This document shows positions 1 to 8,065 of a stretch of 17,913 nucleotides of DNA, piece after piece. Location: IMG/VR virus record IMGVR_UViG_2778261300_000005, positions 1-17,913 of that record; one strand, written 5' to 3'. Both the position numbers and the translations under genes were made by a program. The first letter of the stretch is position 1. Each line of letters starts with the position of its first letter. The notes beneath the pieces were generated by a model. It made no database searches, was not told the origin of the DNA, and saw only the letters and a program-made list of their open reading frames with translations. Origin of the DNA: a virus. Its lineage: Duplodnaviria > Heunggongvirae > Uroviricota > Caudoviricetes.

Positions 1-996
1 TTATGGACGCATTATGGACATTCCTGACACCGGGTTAAGAGTCACTGCATCTTGTAAGAAATCCGGTGCAAAGTGTGCGTAGGTCATAGTTTGCTGAATG
101 TTAGAATGACCCAGGATGCGCTGCAATGTGATTATGTTACCTCCATTCATTATAAAATGTGTGGCAAATGTATGCCTCAAAACATGCACTGCCTGTCCGT
201 CAGGTAAATCGGGTTTTACTTCCCTGAGAGCGTTGCGCACTTTGTAGTAACTGGCATTAAAAAGCCTGCCTGAATTTTTGGTCTTGATCCGTTTAATCAG
301 GTCCTGCGAAACGGGAATTGTCCTGCGCTTTCCGTTTTTAGTTTTCATAAACGTAACCATCTGGTTAATGATGTGTTCAGCTTTTAAATTAGACACTTCA
401 CTCCAGCGTCCACCAGTAGAAAGGCAGACCAGAGTCGCATTTAATTCATCACCATCGAGCATGGATAACAGCCGTGTAATCTCTTCACTGGACAAAAAAG
501 CCATTTCTGTAACAGCTTCACGTAATCGCTTAACCTCACGGAACGGGTTGTGAGAATGGTATTCACCGGCGTCAATTAACTTGGTGAACATCCCGCTCAT
601 TATTGCCAGATGCCGATTTACGCTGGCTGGTTTTAGACCATCGTTCATCATTACAACGCGATAATCAGTTATCGTTTTCTTTGTTAGCTGGTCAGCTCTG
701 GACACTCCCATTTCTGCAAATTTGGCGATTATTGTCGTCAAACGCCCCCGTTCAATATCTCCACGCTCATGTGATTTTCCGTGATATATCCACCATCTGC
801 CTAACAACTCTGTAAGAGTTCGGCGGTCGGCTGGCTTCTCCAGCCACTCTTTGTTGTGGTAGTTAACCAGTACATGACGTTCGAATGCTTGAGCTTCACC
901 TTTAGTTTTAAATTTCCGCCTGATACGTTTTCCATCTGCACCCTGCGGTCTGACGTCCACTTCATAACGACCATCATCGAGCTTTTTAATAGACAT
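1..996 (-). CDS. int: Tyrosine site-specific integrase, P2 Int-like
   Basis: 331-aa ORF with ATG at 996-994. The C-terminal region carries tyrosine-recombinase motifs (HVLRHTFATH...NGGNIITLQRILGHSNIQQTMTYAH). N-terminus MSIKKLDDGRYEVDVRP resembles P2 Int as I recall it. Position is at the prophage end, adjacent to the repressor. Confidence 0.9.
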   Translation of the reverse strand: MSIKKLDDGRYEVDVRPQGADGKRIRRKFKTKGEAQAFERHVLVNYHNKEWLEKPADRRTLTELLGRWWIYHGKSHERGDIERGRLTTIIAKFAEMGVSRADQLTKKTITDYRVVMMNDGLKPASVNRHLAIMSGMFTKLIDAGEYHSHNPFREVKRLREAVTEMAFLSSEEITRLLSMLDGDELNATLVCLSTGGRWSEVSNLKAEHIINQMVTFMKTKNGKRRTIPVSQDLIKRIKTKNSGRLFNASYYKVRNALREVKPDLPDGQAVHVLRHTFATHFIMNGGNIITLQRILGHSNIQQTMTYAHFAPDFLQDAVTLNPVSGMSIMRP

Positions 997-1089
997 AAAG
1001 CCCTCCGATGACGCTGTTTACTTCTACTACTTGAAAATTAATGCAATTTTCTTTCGTACATTTACTGCATACATATGCTGAATAAATCG

Positions 1090-1401
1090 TCAGCCAGTCT
1101 TTTGGTCTGAGTGGTGCAAGGTTGTTGAGTCTTGCCCAATGTGCGCGAGCGCCGGGGCTATTTGTCCGCCAGCGGGATCAGTTTCATCAAACATGAACCA
1201 GTCACGGTACTTGCGAAATCTTTCAGGCTTGAAAAATTTCATGCCTGCGTCAAAAGACATCTTTACTTTTCCCTGCTCATATCCAGCATAGGTGTTGTAG
1301 TTAATTCCAGTTAATTCAGCAACTTGCTTCCTTGTCATTCTTTCTGACTCCCGAATAAGTGCGAGTTTCTCTGCTTGAGATGTGATTTGTGTATTTGACA
1401 T
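1090..1401 (-). CDS. C: Immunity repressor, P2 C-type, helix-turn-helix
   Basis: Internal ATG at 1401-1399 gives a 103-aa protein starting MSNTQITSQ. It contains an HTH-like segment (MTRKQVAELTGINYNTYAGYEQG) and the C-terminus GQIAPALAHIGQD...QKTG matches the P2 C repressor C-terminus as I recall it. The ORF-track start at 1449 looks like an upstream extension. Confidence 0.8.
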   Translation of the reverse strand: MSNTQITSQAEKLALIRESERMTRKQVAELTGINYNTYAGYEQGKVKMSFDAGMKFFKPERFRKYRDWFMFDETDPAGGQIAPALAHIGQDSTTLHHSDQKTG

Positions 1402-1505
1402 GAATTGTCGTATCTCGTAATTTATGTTGTATGCGACACGCCAGAACAACGCAGAGCGGCTTCAAATAGCTCTGGTTGAATGGCACCAAAGTTGAGGATA
1501 TCAAA
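1402..1505. promoter_or_regulatory. Divergent early promoter/operator region between repressor and cox (Pc/Pe-like)
   Basis: About 100 bp non-coding gap between divergently transcribed C (minus) and cox (plus), equivalent to the P2 immunity switch. Exact -10/-35 elements and operator repeats are not resolved by eye. Confidence 0.4.
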
Positions 1506-1862
1506 ATGAGTATTGGATCAGAAATGAATAACGATGTTGGAGAAAAAGTATCTGATCTCACAAAAAGTAAAAAATGTGACATCAAACTTGCAGCCGCACC
1601 GTCGGATTTGCTCTCGAAAGAGGGATTTGCTCTTTACATCGGTAAGACGCCTCGTGCTGTTGCTGAAATGGCGAAAGCAGGCAAGTTACCAGCCTTTTAT
1701 ATGACGGACCCATTAAAGCCGGGCGGTCATGCTGAGTTATGGATTAATCGCCGTGAGTGGGACAAGTACGCAGCCCAACTAGTTGATGAAGCTCCGACAG
1801 AATGGCATGACTGGAAAAATCGCATTAGTTACAGCAAATCAAGACATGGCCGTGCGGCTTAA
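1506..1862 (+). CDS. cox: Cox-like excisionase / early regulator
   Basis: ATG at 1506 preceded by GAGGA at 1494-1498. The ORF-track start at 1476 is a TTG. Protein has a GKLP..MTDP segment resembling P2 Cox and is divergent from the repressor. Confidence 0.65.
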   Translation: MSIGSEMNNDVGEKVSDLTKSKKCDIKLAAAPSDLLSKEGFALYIGKTPRAVAEMAKAGKLPAFYMTDPLKPGGHAELWINRREWDKYAAQLVDEAPTEWHDWKNRISYSKSRHGRAA

Positions 1863-2043
1863 GGTGGAAAGGATGAACGAGCCTCGTTGTATTGCTCAGT
1901 TATTGCGTAACGAAAGCCCCAGGGCGATTGACTTCACCATTACCCACGGTAAGGGGCGTAAGGGAATCATTATCCGCACCAAAAAACAGAGTCCGTTAAA
2001 AAAGGCTCTGACCTTTCTGAAAAGCCGGAGGGTATGGAAATGA
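1846..2043 (+). CDS. Small hypothetical early protein
   Basis: ATG at 1846 within ORF 1783..2043; overlaps the cox 3' end and the next gene's start. Position is analogous to the small ORFs that follow cox in P2-like phages. No motif recognised. Confidence 0.3.
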   Translation: MAVRLKVERMNEPRCIAQLLRNESPRAIDFTITHGKGRKGIIIRTKKQSPLKKALTFLKSRRVWK

Positions 2044-2540
2044 CAGTGATGACGCTCAATCTCGTTGAAAAACAACCAGCAACTATGCGCCGGATAATTG
2101 GTAAGCATCTTGCCGTCCCTCGCTGGCAGGAGACATGTGATTATTATAATCAGATGATGGAGCGCGAACGGCTAACGGTTTGCTTCCATGCACAGTTAAA
2201 ACAGCGTCATGCAACGATGCGTTTTGAAGAAATGAACGACGTCGAACGTGAACGGCTGGTTTGTGCAATTGATGAATTGCGTGGGGCATTCTCAAAACGC
2301 CGTCAGGTCGGTGCAAGTGAGTATGCATATATTAGCTTTTTAACTGTCAGTCAGCGCCGTACTTTATTTATGCACGCACGACTGACAGAAAAAGAATTTA
2401 ATCAGCCATACTGGCGAATTAATGAAGAGTCATGTTACTGGCGTGATGCTTTATTCCGTGCATTACGTGAATTATTCAGTCTGTTTGAATATGCACCGAC
2501 AATTCTGACGTCGGTAAAACCAGAGCAATATCTGCATTAA
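2034..2540 (+). CDS. Hypothetical early protein, 168 aa; possibly the P2 gpB-equivalent replication accessory protein
   Basis: ATG at 2034 preceded by GGAGGG. Size and position between cox and A resemble P2 gene B (about 166 aa as I recall), but I cannot verify sequence similarity. Confidence 0.55.
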   Translation: MEMTVMTLNLVEKQPATMRRIIGKHLAVPRWQETCDYYNQMMERERLTVCFHAQLKQRHATMRFEEMNDVERERLVCAIDELRGAFSKRRQVGASEYAYISFLTVSQRRTLFMHARLTEKEFNQPYWRINEESCYWRDALFRALRELFSLFEYAPTILTSVKPEQYLH

Positions 2541-2603
2541 GTAATTAACCAAAGTTTTTAACGCACTTAATCGTGCGGGGCTTCTTTTTGCCTGGAGAAA
2601 GTC

Positions 2604-2816
2604 ATGCATACAGTTTCTGAAAATCAGTGCGGTAAATACGCATTAATGCTGCAACAGGCCAGAACCGAAGCACAGGCCGATGCAGCAACGCGCTTTTCGT
2701 CTCATCTTGATGCCATGATTCGCCACATCACAAAGGCGGAGTTATCCCGCGTGGAGATAGTCGAGTTGCTCAGTCAGGAGTCTGCCAAATTCCATAATCT
2801 AGGACTCAATAAATAA
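2604..2816 (+). CDS. Small hypothetical early protein, 70 aa
   Basis: ATG at 2604 preceded by GGAGA. Co-oriented in the early operon. Confidence 0.5.
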   Translation: MHTVSENQCGKYALMLQQARTEAQADAATRFSSHLDAMIRHITKAELSRVEIVELLSQESAKFHNLGLNK

Positions 2817-2830
2817 CAGGGAAGTTGGAG

Positions 2831-3076
2831 ATGACAAATACAAAATGGTTCAGGAAACGCTTAACAGATTATCAACTTTCATTACTTAAAAAATTAGATG
2901 ACAAGACTCCACTACATCCTTCAAGCGATGTCTTCCGCTCCTGTCCTAGTCGTGTGGAAAAAGCATTTATAGCAATGGGGAAATGGGGGCTTGTGACTAA
3001 ATCAAGAGAAGGTTTCTGTATTACCGATAATGGCCGGGAAATGATTGATTCTGCGGAGAGGGCATATAGCGAATGA
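2831..3076 (+). CDS. Small hypothetical protein, about 81 aa
   Basis: The ORF-track start at 2825 is a TTG; ATG at 2831 with AGGGAAG upstream is the likelier start. AT-rich relative to flanking genes. Confidence 0.45.
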   Translation: MTNTKWFRKRLTDYQLSLLKKLDDKTPLHPSSDVFRSCPSRVEKAFIAMGKWGLVTKSREGFCITDNGREMIDSAERAYSE

Positions 3077-3363
3077 AAAATATATTGCTTAATAACTGGC
3101 TGAAGATTTCAGTCATGAAAAATGGTGATTTGTCGCTAGCTGATATTAAACGCGATAAAAACACTGGGGATATGGTGGAATCAACTATAGCCATTTATGC
3201 GGATAAATTAAATCTCCTGTCTGATGTGGTCAATTTACTTGTTAAACGCGCTGTATTTCATAAGCAAATTTCATCCGTGGATGAACTGACAAAATTAACG
3301 ACAGAAATCGCCAGCTATTGCGCTGATGAATTTAAGAAGCTGAACGACAAAAGGAGCTGGTAA
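3073..3363 (+). CDS. Small hypothetical protein, 96 aa, AT-rich
   Basis: ATG at 3073 with GGAGAGGG upstream; start overlaps the previous gene's stop. Noticeably AT-rich codon usage. Confidence 0.5.
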   Translation: MKNILLNNWLKISVMKNGDLSLADIKRDKNTGDMVESTIAIYADKLNLLSDVVNLLVKRAVFHKQISSVDELTKLTTEIASYCADEFKKLNDKRSW

Positions 3364-3587
3364 TGCCGGACAACGTAGATTTTATTCAGGAACAACAGGC
3401 TGAATTACTGGAGCGTCAGATTAACGCGGCAAGGGTAAAACATTGCGGTGCTTCTGCGCTGGTTTGCGAAGAGTGTGACGCGCCAATACCTGCTGCCCGT
3501 CGTGCGGCTTATCCGTCAGCCACGCGTTGTGTTTCCTGCCAGTCAGTCTTTGAAGCAAAAAACAAACATTACCGGAGAACGGCATGA
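3363..3587 (+). CDS. TraR/DksA-family C4 zinc-finger protein
   Basis: 74-aa protein with CEEC...(17 residues)...CVSC spacing typical of the TraR/DksA zinc finger. AAGGAG sits 6 nt upstream of the ATG. P2-like and lambdoid phages commonly encode a TraR homologue in the early region. Confidence 0.75.
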   Translation: MPDNVDFIQEQQAELLERQINAARVKHCGASALVCEECDAPIPAARRAAYPSATRCVSCQSVFEAKNKHYRRTA

Positions 3588-3859
3588 GTATTCGTATTGA
3601 AATTGGCGAACGTTATGTCGTTACCAGTGACAGCTTTCAGTTTATTCTCCACGAGAAAAAGAGAGCGGAAAGCGGTAAAAACACCGGTCAGGAATGGCTG
3701 GCGGTGGTTGGTTATTATCCGAAATTAAGCCAGCTCGTTTCCGGCCTGATGCATCACGATATTCTGACCGGAAGCGCAAAGTCTTTTGCTGATTTAAACG
3801 CGCAGGTTGAGCAACTCAGCAGGCGTTGTTCAGAGGCTTTTGGCTCATATGGCCGTTAA
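3584..3859 (+). CDS. Hypothetical protein, 91 aa, immediately upstream of and overlapping A
   Basis: ATG at 3584 preceded by GGAGA; ATGA-type overlap with the preceding gene; the 3' end overlaps the A start by 11 nt. Confidence 0.55.
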   Translation: MSIRIEIGERYVVTSDSFQFILHEKKRAESGKNTGQEWLAVVGYYPKLSQLVSGLMHHDILTGSAKSFADLNAQVEQLSRRCSEAFGSYGR

Positions 3860-6134
3860 AGCCTCCGGGCGTTTTGTCCCTCCGTCAGCATTTGCTGCAG
3901 GCACCGGTAAGGCGTTTACCGGTGCTTATGCATGGAACGCGCCACGCGAGGCCGTCGGGCGCGAAAGACCCCTTACACGTGACGAGATGCGTCAGGTGCA
4001 AGGTGTTTTATCCACGATTAACCGCCTGCCTTACTTTTTGCGCTCGCTGTTTACTTCACGCTATGACTACATCCGGCGCAATAAAAGCCCGGTGCACGGG
4101 TTTTATTTCCTCACATCCACTTTTCAGCGTCGTTTATGGCCGCGCATTGAGCGCGTTAATCAGCGTCATGAAATGAACACTGACGCGTCGTTGCTGTTTC
4201 TGGCAGAGCGTGACCATTATGCGCGCCTGCCGGGAATGAATGACAAGGAGCTGAAAAAGTTTGCCGCCCGTATCTCATCGCAGCTTTTCATGATGTATGA
4301 GGAACTCTGCGATGCATGGGTTGATGCACATGGCGAGAAAGAATCGCTGTTTACAGATGAGGCGCAGGCGCATCTGTATGGTCATGTTGCTGGCGCTGCA
4401 CGTGCTTTCAATATTTCCCCTCTCTACTGGAAAAAATACCGTAAAGGACAGATGACCACGAGGCAGGCATATTCTGCCATTGCCCGTCTGTTTAACGATG
4501 AGTGGTGGACTCATCAGCTTAAAGGCCAGCGTATGCGCTGGCATGAGGCGTTACTGATTGCTGTCGGGGAGGTCAATAAAGACCGTTCTCCTTATGCCAG
4601 TAAACATGCCATTCGTGATGTGCGTGCACGCCGCCAGGCAAATCTGGAATTTCTTAAATCGTGTGACCTCGAAAACAGGGAAACCGGCGAGCGCATCGAC
4701 CTTATCAGTAAGGTGATGGGCAGTATTTCTAATCCTGAAATTCGCCGGATGGAGCTGATGAACACCATCGCCGGTATTGAGCGTTACGCCGCCGCAGAGG
4801 GTGATGTGGGGATGTTTATCACTCTGACCGCGCCGTCAAAGTATCACCCGACACGTCAGGTCGGAAAAGGCGAAAGTAAAACCGTCCAGCTAAATCACGG
4901 CTGGAATGATGAGGCATTTAATCCAAAGGATGCGCAGCGTTATCTCTGCCGCATCTGGAGCCTGATGCGCACGGCATTCAAGGATAATGATTTACAGGTC
5001 TACGGTTTGCGAGTCGTCGAGCCACACCACGACGGAACGCCGCACTGGCATATGATGCTTTTTTGTAATCCACGCCAGCGTAACCAGATTATCGAAATCA
5101 TGCGTCGCTATGCGCTCAAAGAGGATGGTGACGAAAGAGGAGCCGCGCGAAACCGTTTTCAGGCAAAACACCTTAACCGGGGCGGTGCTGCGGGGTATAT
5201 CGCGAAATACATCTCAAAAAATATCGACGGCTATGCACTGGATGGGCAGCTCGATAACGATACCGGCAGACCGCTGAAAGATACTGCCGCGGCTGTTACC
5301 GCATGGGCGTCAACGTGGCGCATTCCGCAATTTAAAACGGCTGGCCTGCCGACAATGGGTGCTTACCGTGAACTACGCAAATTGCCTCGCGGCGTCAGCA
5401 TTGCTGATGAGTTTGACGAACGCGTCGAGGCTGCACGCGCCGCCGCAGACAGTGGTGATTTTGCGTTGTATATCAGCGCGCAGGGCGGGGCAAATGTCCC
5501 GCGCGATTGTCAGACTGTCAGGGTCGCCCGTAGCCCGTCGGATGACGTTAACGAGTACGAGGAAGAAGTCGAGAGAGTGGTCGGCATTTACGCGCCGCAT
5601 CTCGGCGCGCGTCATATTCATATCACCAGAACCATGGACTGGCGCATTGTGCCGAAAGTGCCGGTCGTTGAGCCTTTGACTTTAAAAAGCGGCATCGCCG
5701 CGCCTCGGAGTCCTGTCAATAACTGTGGAAAGATCACCGGCGGTAATACTTCGTTACCGGCTCCCACGCCTTCTGAGCACGCCGCAGCAGTGCTTAATCT
5801 GGTTGATGACGGTGTTATCGAATGGAATGACCCGGAGGTCGTGAGGGCGCTCAGGGGCGCATTAAAATACGGGCTGAGAACACCAAATCGTCAGCAGAGA
5901 AACGGAAGCCCGTTAAAACCACATGAAATTGCACCATCGGCCAGACTGACCCGGTCGGAAAGAATGCAAATTACCCGTATCCGCGTTGACCTTGCTCAGA
6001 ACGGTATCAGGCCGCAGCGATGGGAGCTTGAGGCGCTGGCGCGTGGCGCGACCGTAAATTATGACGGGAAAAAATTCACGTATCCGGTCGCTGATGAGTG
6101 GCCGGGATTCTCAACAGTAATGGCGCGGACATAA
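3849..6134 (+). CDS. A: Replication initiator protein A (rolling-circle, HUH endonuclease)
   Basis: ATG at 3849 gives 761 aa beginning MAVKASGRFVPPSAFAAGTGK, which matches P2 gpA as I recall it, including its length. Contains the HUH-type metal-binding motif EPHHDGTPHWHMMLF. The ORF-track start at 3807 is a TTG extension. Confidence 0.92.
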   Translation: MAVKASGRFVPPSAFAAGTGKAFTGAYAWNAPREAVGRERPLTRDEMRQVQGVLSTINRLPYFLRSLFTSRYDYIRRNKSPVHGFYFLTSTFQRRLWPRIERVNQRHEMNTDASLLFLAERDHYARLPGMNDKELKKFAARISSQLFMMYEELCDAWVDAHGEKESLFTDEAQAHLYGHVAGAARAFNISPLYWKKYRKGQMTTRQAYSAIARLFNDEWWTHQLKGQRMRWHEALLIAVGEVNKDRSPYASKHAIRDVRARRQANLEFLKSCDLENRETGERIDLISKVMGSISNPEIRRMELMNTIAGIERYAAAEGDVGMFITLTAPSKYHPTRQVGKGESKTVQLNHGWNDEAFNPKDAQRYLCRIWSLMRTAFKDNDLQVYGLRVVEPHHDGTPHWHMMLFCNPRQRNQIIEIMRRYALKEDGDERGAARNRFQAKHLNRGGAAGYIAKYISKNIDGYALDGQLDNDTGRPLKDTAAAVTAWASTWRIPQFKTAGLPTMGAYRELRKLPRGVSIADEFDERVEAARAAADSGDFALYISAQGGANVPRDCQTVRVARSPSDDVNEYEEEVERVVGIYAPHLGARHIHITRTMDWRIVPKVPVVEPLTLKSGIAAPRSPVNNCGKITGGNTSLPAPTPSEHAAAVLNLVDDGVIEWNDPEVVRALRGALKYGLRTPNRQQRNGSPLKPHEIAPSARLTRSERMQITRIRVDLAQNGIRPQRWELEALARGATVNYDGKKFTYPVADEWPGFSTVMART

Positions 6135-6436
6135 TGACAAAGATTCACAAAGTAAAGCTGCACGCAAGATATTTCAACCTTGTGCTGGAGGGAAAAGAAA
6201 CGCACAGAATTTAGGGGGATAGCCGTTATCATGTGTATGAAGCACTTGAAATGTATCTGCATCACTTGGGAGTGTGTCAACGGGGAATTTCCATCTATGT
6301 GATTTTTTGAGAGCAATGCAGTGAAGATAAAGATACTTATTATAAATCAATGTGATAGATGATGCCTCGCAAACGTAAATGATAGTTTTGAAGCTTCAGG
6401 GCTGATGTCGTTCATAAGACTATGTTTACGCTATCA

Positions 6437-6469
6437 TTTATGATAAAAATAATTAATTTTTATCATAAA
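6437..6469. promoter_or_regulatory. Near-perfect 33-bp palindrome (14-bp arms TTTATGATAAAAAT / ATTTTTATCATAAA) directly upstream of the ParB-like gene; candidate operator/promoter
   Basis: Read directly from the sequence; one central mismatch. It lies about 15-50 bp upstream of the ATG at 6485. Related ATGATA/TATCAT half-sites recur at about 6375-6384 and 6431-6444. Confidence 0.35.
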
Positions 6470-6484
6470 GATTCAACAGAGGAT

Positions 6485-7996
6485 ATGTTGATGAATCAAC
6501 TAAAATCAATGAATATCAATAAGTTACTTTTGGATGTTGATAACCCTCGTTTCCCGACGTCAGCAGAAAATCAGCGTGATGCTATTGCCAAGATGCTTGA
6601 CTTGCAGTACGACCGCATTTATCGCTTGGCTAAAGATATTGCTTCGAAAGGTTTAGATCCGTCTGAAAACATATTAGTTTATCCTAGTGAAGAGGAATCT
6701 GGCTTTTTCGTCGTTGCTGAAGGTAATCGTCGAGTTACAGCCCTTAAACTTTTACACTCTCCTAGACTTGCACCAACAGAAAAAGCACGGAAAGCTTTTG
6801 AAAAACTTAAGATTACTCAGCTTAAAGATATTAATGTTATAGATAACTGCGTTCTTTTTGACGATGATGAATATGAGCATTGGGTTAATTTAAAGCATAC
6901 TGGTCAAAATGCTGGAGTTGGAAGAGTTGAATGGACTGCAACAGAAAAAGCACGGCATCTGGCTAGGATGGGTAAGCAGTCATTTGGTAATCAAATACTT
7001 ACATTTATAGAGTTCAATACTGATTTATATAAAGAGATAATTGCTAAAAAAAGACTTTTAAAAATCACAAACATCACGCGTCTTTTTGGTGATTTAAAGG
7101 TGAGGGATTATTTTAATTTAAAAAGCATTAATGGAGTTCTATACTCATATCAGCCTTATGAACGTTTTTGTGCACAATTAAAAAATATTTTAGATGTAAT
7201 GATTGAAGAGGATGATAAAGGTAAGGCTTGTTTTACTGTTAATAGGATTCGTAGCCAAGATGACAGGGTTACATTTATTATTGAACAAAAAATAAAACCT
7301 TCAGAATCTCTTTTAGATAAGCCGTGGAGTTTACTGGAGCCTAAATCTTTTCTTACAGAGAAAAAAGATGATTCTATTGACAAAAATGATGCCTCTGTGA
7401 GTGTAAAGAAAGTAGGTCTTTCAGAAGGTGATGCCTTAAAGAATACAGGTATGGATAAACAGGAAGATGATTATTCTAGACATGTAGGCACAGAAGAGAG
7501 TAAATCTAAAGTTTCGGGTACGGAACAGAATAAAAGCAAGGGAAAAACTCCTCCTAAAGTAGATCGTAATGTGTTGGTGCCATCTTATGTGAAATTTAAT
7601 TTTAGAGGGCATAAAAAATGCTCTAGAATATTTAATGAGCTTAAGTCGCATCTGACATTTGATAATACCCCTAATGCTATCTCAATATTGTTGAGAATAT
7701 TTATAGATCTCTCTGTAAGCACTTTTGTTGAAGAAAACAAGTTACAATTTAAGGAACCGCATAGAACTCCAGGGCTTCATGATAAGGTTAAAATGTGTGC
7801 TAATTTCCTTCGGGAAAATAAAAAGATGACGGGGAGTCAATGTACGGCTGTAATAACTTTCTCGAGCCAAATAACTAAACATGATGGTTCATTGCAGCAG
7901 TATGTACATAACCCACACTTAATTCCCTCAAAAGAGGCTGTCAACACTGAGTGGGATAACTTTGAGTTGTTATTAAGCCTTATTTGGAGTGAGTGA
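6485..7996 (+). CDS. ParB/Srx-like N-terminal domain protein with low-complexity linker and uncharacterised C-terminal domain (cargo gene 1)
   Basis: ORF 6422..7996; likely start ATG 6485 or 6491, with AGAGGA at 6478-6483. N-terminus has ParB-like box motifs (INKLLLDVDNPRF and ILVYP...FVVAEGNRRVTALKLL, compare ParB GERRxRA). Strongly AT-rich, unlike the phage backbone. Confidence 0.7.
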   Translation: MLMNQLKSMNINKLLLDVDNPRFPTSAENQRDAIAKMLDLQYDRIYRLAKDIASKGLDPSENILVYPSEEESGFFVVAEGNRRVTALKLLHSPRLAPTEKARKAFEKLKITQLKDINVIDNCVLFDDDEYEHWVNLKHTGQNAGVGRVEWTATEKARHLARMGKQSFGNQILTFIEFNTDLYKEIIAKKRLLKITNITRLFGDLKVRDYFNLKSINGVLYSYQPYERFCAQLKNILDVMIEEDDKGKACFTVNRIRSQDDRVTFIIEQKIKPSESLLDKPWSLLEPKSFLTEKKDDSIDKNDASVSVKKVGLSEGDALKNTGMDKQEDDYSRHVGTEESKSKVSGTEQNKSKGKTPPKVDRNVLVPSYVKFNFRGHKKCSRIFNELKSHLTFDNTPNAISILLRIFIDLSVSTFVEENKLQFKEPHRTPGLHDKVKMCANFLRENKKMTGSQCTAVITFSSQITKHDGSLQQYVHNPHLIPSKEAVNTEWDNFELLLSLIWSE

Positions 7997-8009
7997 GATT
8001 TGTCTACAT

Positions 8010-8027
8010 CTGGACATGGATGTCCAG
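8010..8027. promoter_or_regulatory. Inverted repeat CTGGACAT-GG-ATGTCCAG between the two cargo genes; candidate operator
   Basis: Perfect 8-bp arms read directly from the sequence, about 40 bp upstream of the methyltransferase ATG. The 2-nt spacer argues for a protein-binding palindrome rather than a hairpin terminator. Confidence 0.3.
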
Positions 8028-8065
8028 AAACTGATAAACTACAAAATCAGGAATGAGAGGGATTT

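Noticed and set aside
278-815. Plus-strand ORFs 278..553 and 603..815 inside the integrase gene
   Set aside because: Antisense to the integrase, which has clear tyrosine-recombinase motifs.
4275-5679. ORFs inside the A gene on the opposite strand or in other frames (4275..4544 minus, 5359..5679 plus, 5373..5621 minus, 3826..4176 plus)
   Set aside because: Fully embedded in the well-supported 761-aa A coding sequence; typical spurious ORFs in GC-rich coding DNA.
6059-6316. Minus-strand 85-aa ORF overlapping the A 3' end and the A-to-cargo spacer
   Set aside because: Overlaps the A coding region, has no recognisable motif or ribosome-binding site, and would be transcribed against both flanking genes. 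Kept in mind only because P2 has orf91 after A, but that is co-oriented with A.
7156-7651. Minus-strand ORFs 7156..7383 and 7436..7651 inside the ParB-like gene
   Set aside because: Antisense to a long, motif-supported ORF in very AT-rich DNA; low-complexity translations. Likely artefacts.
6485-7996. Interpreting the ParB-like protein as a plasmid-type partition protein (ParB) of an episomal prophage
   Set aside because: No adjacent ParA ATPase gene and no obvious parS-like repeat array; the gene sits with a methyltransferase in the known P2 defence hotspot and the element carries an integrase. Kept as the main alternative hypothesis.
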